Source of the DNA: Flectonema sp. DT1601 | Taxonomy: Eukaryota | Direction: 5' to 3' | Assembly: GCA_964019425.1 (NCBI GenBank) | Contig: OZ025784.1 | Coordinates: 930,001 to 994,000, forward strand | Length of the DNA: 64,000 bases | In this document: positions 62,716 through 64,000 of the stretch, piece after piece | Layout: the number at the start of each line of letters is the position of its first letter | How positions within the stretch are numbered: position 1 is the first letter of the stretch | Made by a program: the position numbers and the translations under genes | The notes under the pieces: model-generated | The model's input: only the letters and a program-made list of their open reading frames with translations | Told to the model about the DNA's origin: nothing | Database searches by the model: none

Positions 62716-63854
62716 TGTCTCTACTGCTCACAAAATTGAAAGACTTTTTTTTTCCTCTTCTTTTTATAAATTTTTTCTAATTTGGCTTCCTAGGCTTCGT
62801 AAATAAATAAATAATAAAAATGAATAAATTCTTTTCTTCGTGTATTGTTGCGGCAGAGTGGTATACTTGTGATGTTTTTTTCCCCTCCCTCTTTTTTTTC
62901 CCCCTTTTTTTCTATTAACTTTTTACATCACGGAGCTGATAACGTCGGTAGTCCTCCTTCTTAATACTTTCCTAGTACAACAATCTCGTGGGACGACGAC
63001 TTTCCAGCATACGATGTTTGATTGTTTTGTGATGGAGATGTTTGATTTTTTTGTCGGGTGAGTGGGATTGTTCAGGATTTTATGCTGTGTGGACCTTGCT
63101 GAAATTTTAAAAAAAAAAAAAAAAAAAATCAACTTTTCTTACGGTGGTGTAAGGATGTTATCAGAATATTTTTTCCCCCCCCCGTGATTTTTCTCGTGTC
63201 TATGGGCGATGTCTTTTAATAACAACAATGAGCAGATGAGCAGTCGACTTTTTTTTTTTTTTTTTGGTCTTTAATCGGTGCTTAATCAATAAATAGTACT
63301 TCTAAAGGGATCTTAAATGATGGGTTCTTTCCAACGGCTTGCATGCTCACAGCAAAAAACAAACTTTTTTTTTTTGTGTGTGTGTTGTGTTGTGTTGTGT
63401 TTTTTTTTTTTTTTGTTTTCTCCTGTTCACAAGAAGGTGTCGAACTTCTTCGGCTGCTGAAACTAACGGCATTGGTAAAAATTAGACAGCAGTTTTTGCA
63501 TTATACCTATATAAGAAGTGAAAGTTAGAGTGAGTTTAGAGTGAGTTTGCCTGAGTGGGTGCATTGAAGAAATATGAGGTGGCCTCTAAAGGGCCCTTTC
63601 TCCCCCACTCCCCTCCATCCCACAGCAGCTGACTTGAAATGGACAAGTTGCCTTCAATAATACAGCTGAGTAGTCAGATTAGGATAATAATGTTCTGAAG
63701 AACGGACTTTAATAATCAGTTTTTTGCAATTGAAAATATTATAAAATAGGTCAATTAATGGTGTTTTGTTTATTTTTTTATTTTTTCATCCCCTCACAAC
63801 AGTTCGACGTGGTGACGTCAGAGGGGGTCGTACGGCCCCCTCTCAACCACAACA

Positions 63855-64000
63855 ATGAATGAACCATTGAACTTAGAAACTGACAAGGTCCTAATGCCGA
63901 TAATAAACCCACCAATACCGCAATTAAATTTAAAGGGACTATACGCTTTGTGGCATGCACGAAAGATACACGCTGGTGGAGATGGCATTAAGGGAGTTGA
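63855..64000 (+). CDS. Probable 5' end of a gene running off the window (MNEPLNLETDKVLMPIINPPIPQLNLKGLYALWHARKIHAGGDGIKGV...)
   Basis: Frame open from the ATG to the window end. It is preceded by a poly-T tract and CAACAG (63802), resembling the acceptor upstream of the CYBDOM genes. Confidence 0.4.
   Translation, partial: MNEPLNLETDKVLMPIINPPIPQLNLKGLYALWHARKIHAGGDGIKGV

Noticed and set aside
59349..63780. Short ORFs in the terminal AT-rich region
   Set aside because: Dominated by poly-A/poly-T-derived Lys/Phe runs, with no tRNA, rRNA or transposase signature recognised.

Overview
Eukaryotic, AT-rich, intron-poor protist DNA. All supportable intact genes lie on the + strand, some only ~120-170 bp apart. 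This layout, plus the myosin type, suggests a euglenozoan-like polycistronic organisation (inference). Positions 0.85-40 kb hold a tandem cluster of four membrane-anchored DOMON-cytochrome b561 (CYBDOM) genes. Each has a signal peptide, an array of near-identical DOMON-like domains (1, 12, 16 and 21 copies), a Pro/Thr stalk, a Cys-containing SEA-like domain and a four-His cytochrome b561 domain. Genes 2-4 also carry one divergent membrane-proximal DOMON. Every DOMON copy keeps the putative Met/His heme-b ligands, so the largest protein (4369 aa) could display up to 22 extracellular hemes on one transmembrane redox domain; this is the main candidate novel system. Two conserved stem-loop elements recur downstream of the paralogues. 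Further downstream are a three-exon myosin ending in a Zn ribbon (that segment is tandemly duplicated), an HPP-family membrane protein, and an ATP-dependent DNA ligase fused to an ALC1-type macrodomain. After these come a disordered repeat protein, a Cys-less thioredoxin-like ER protein, a large ectodomain fused to two PqiA-like domains, and a probable gene start at the window end. No rRNA, tRNA or CRISPR array was recognised. All domain calls come from motif reading by eye, not database searches.
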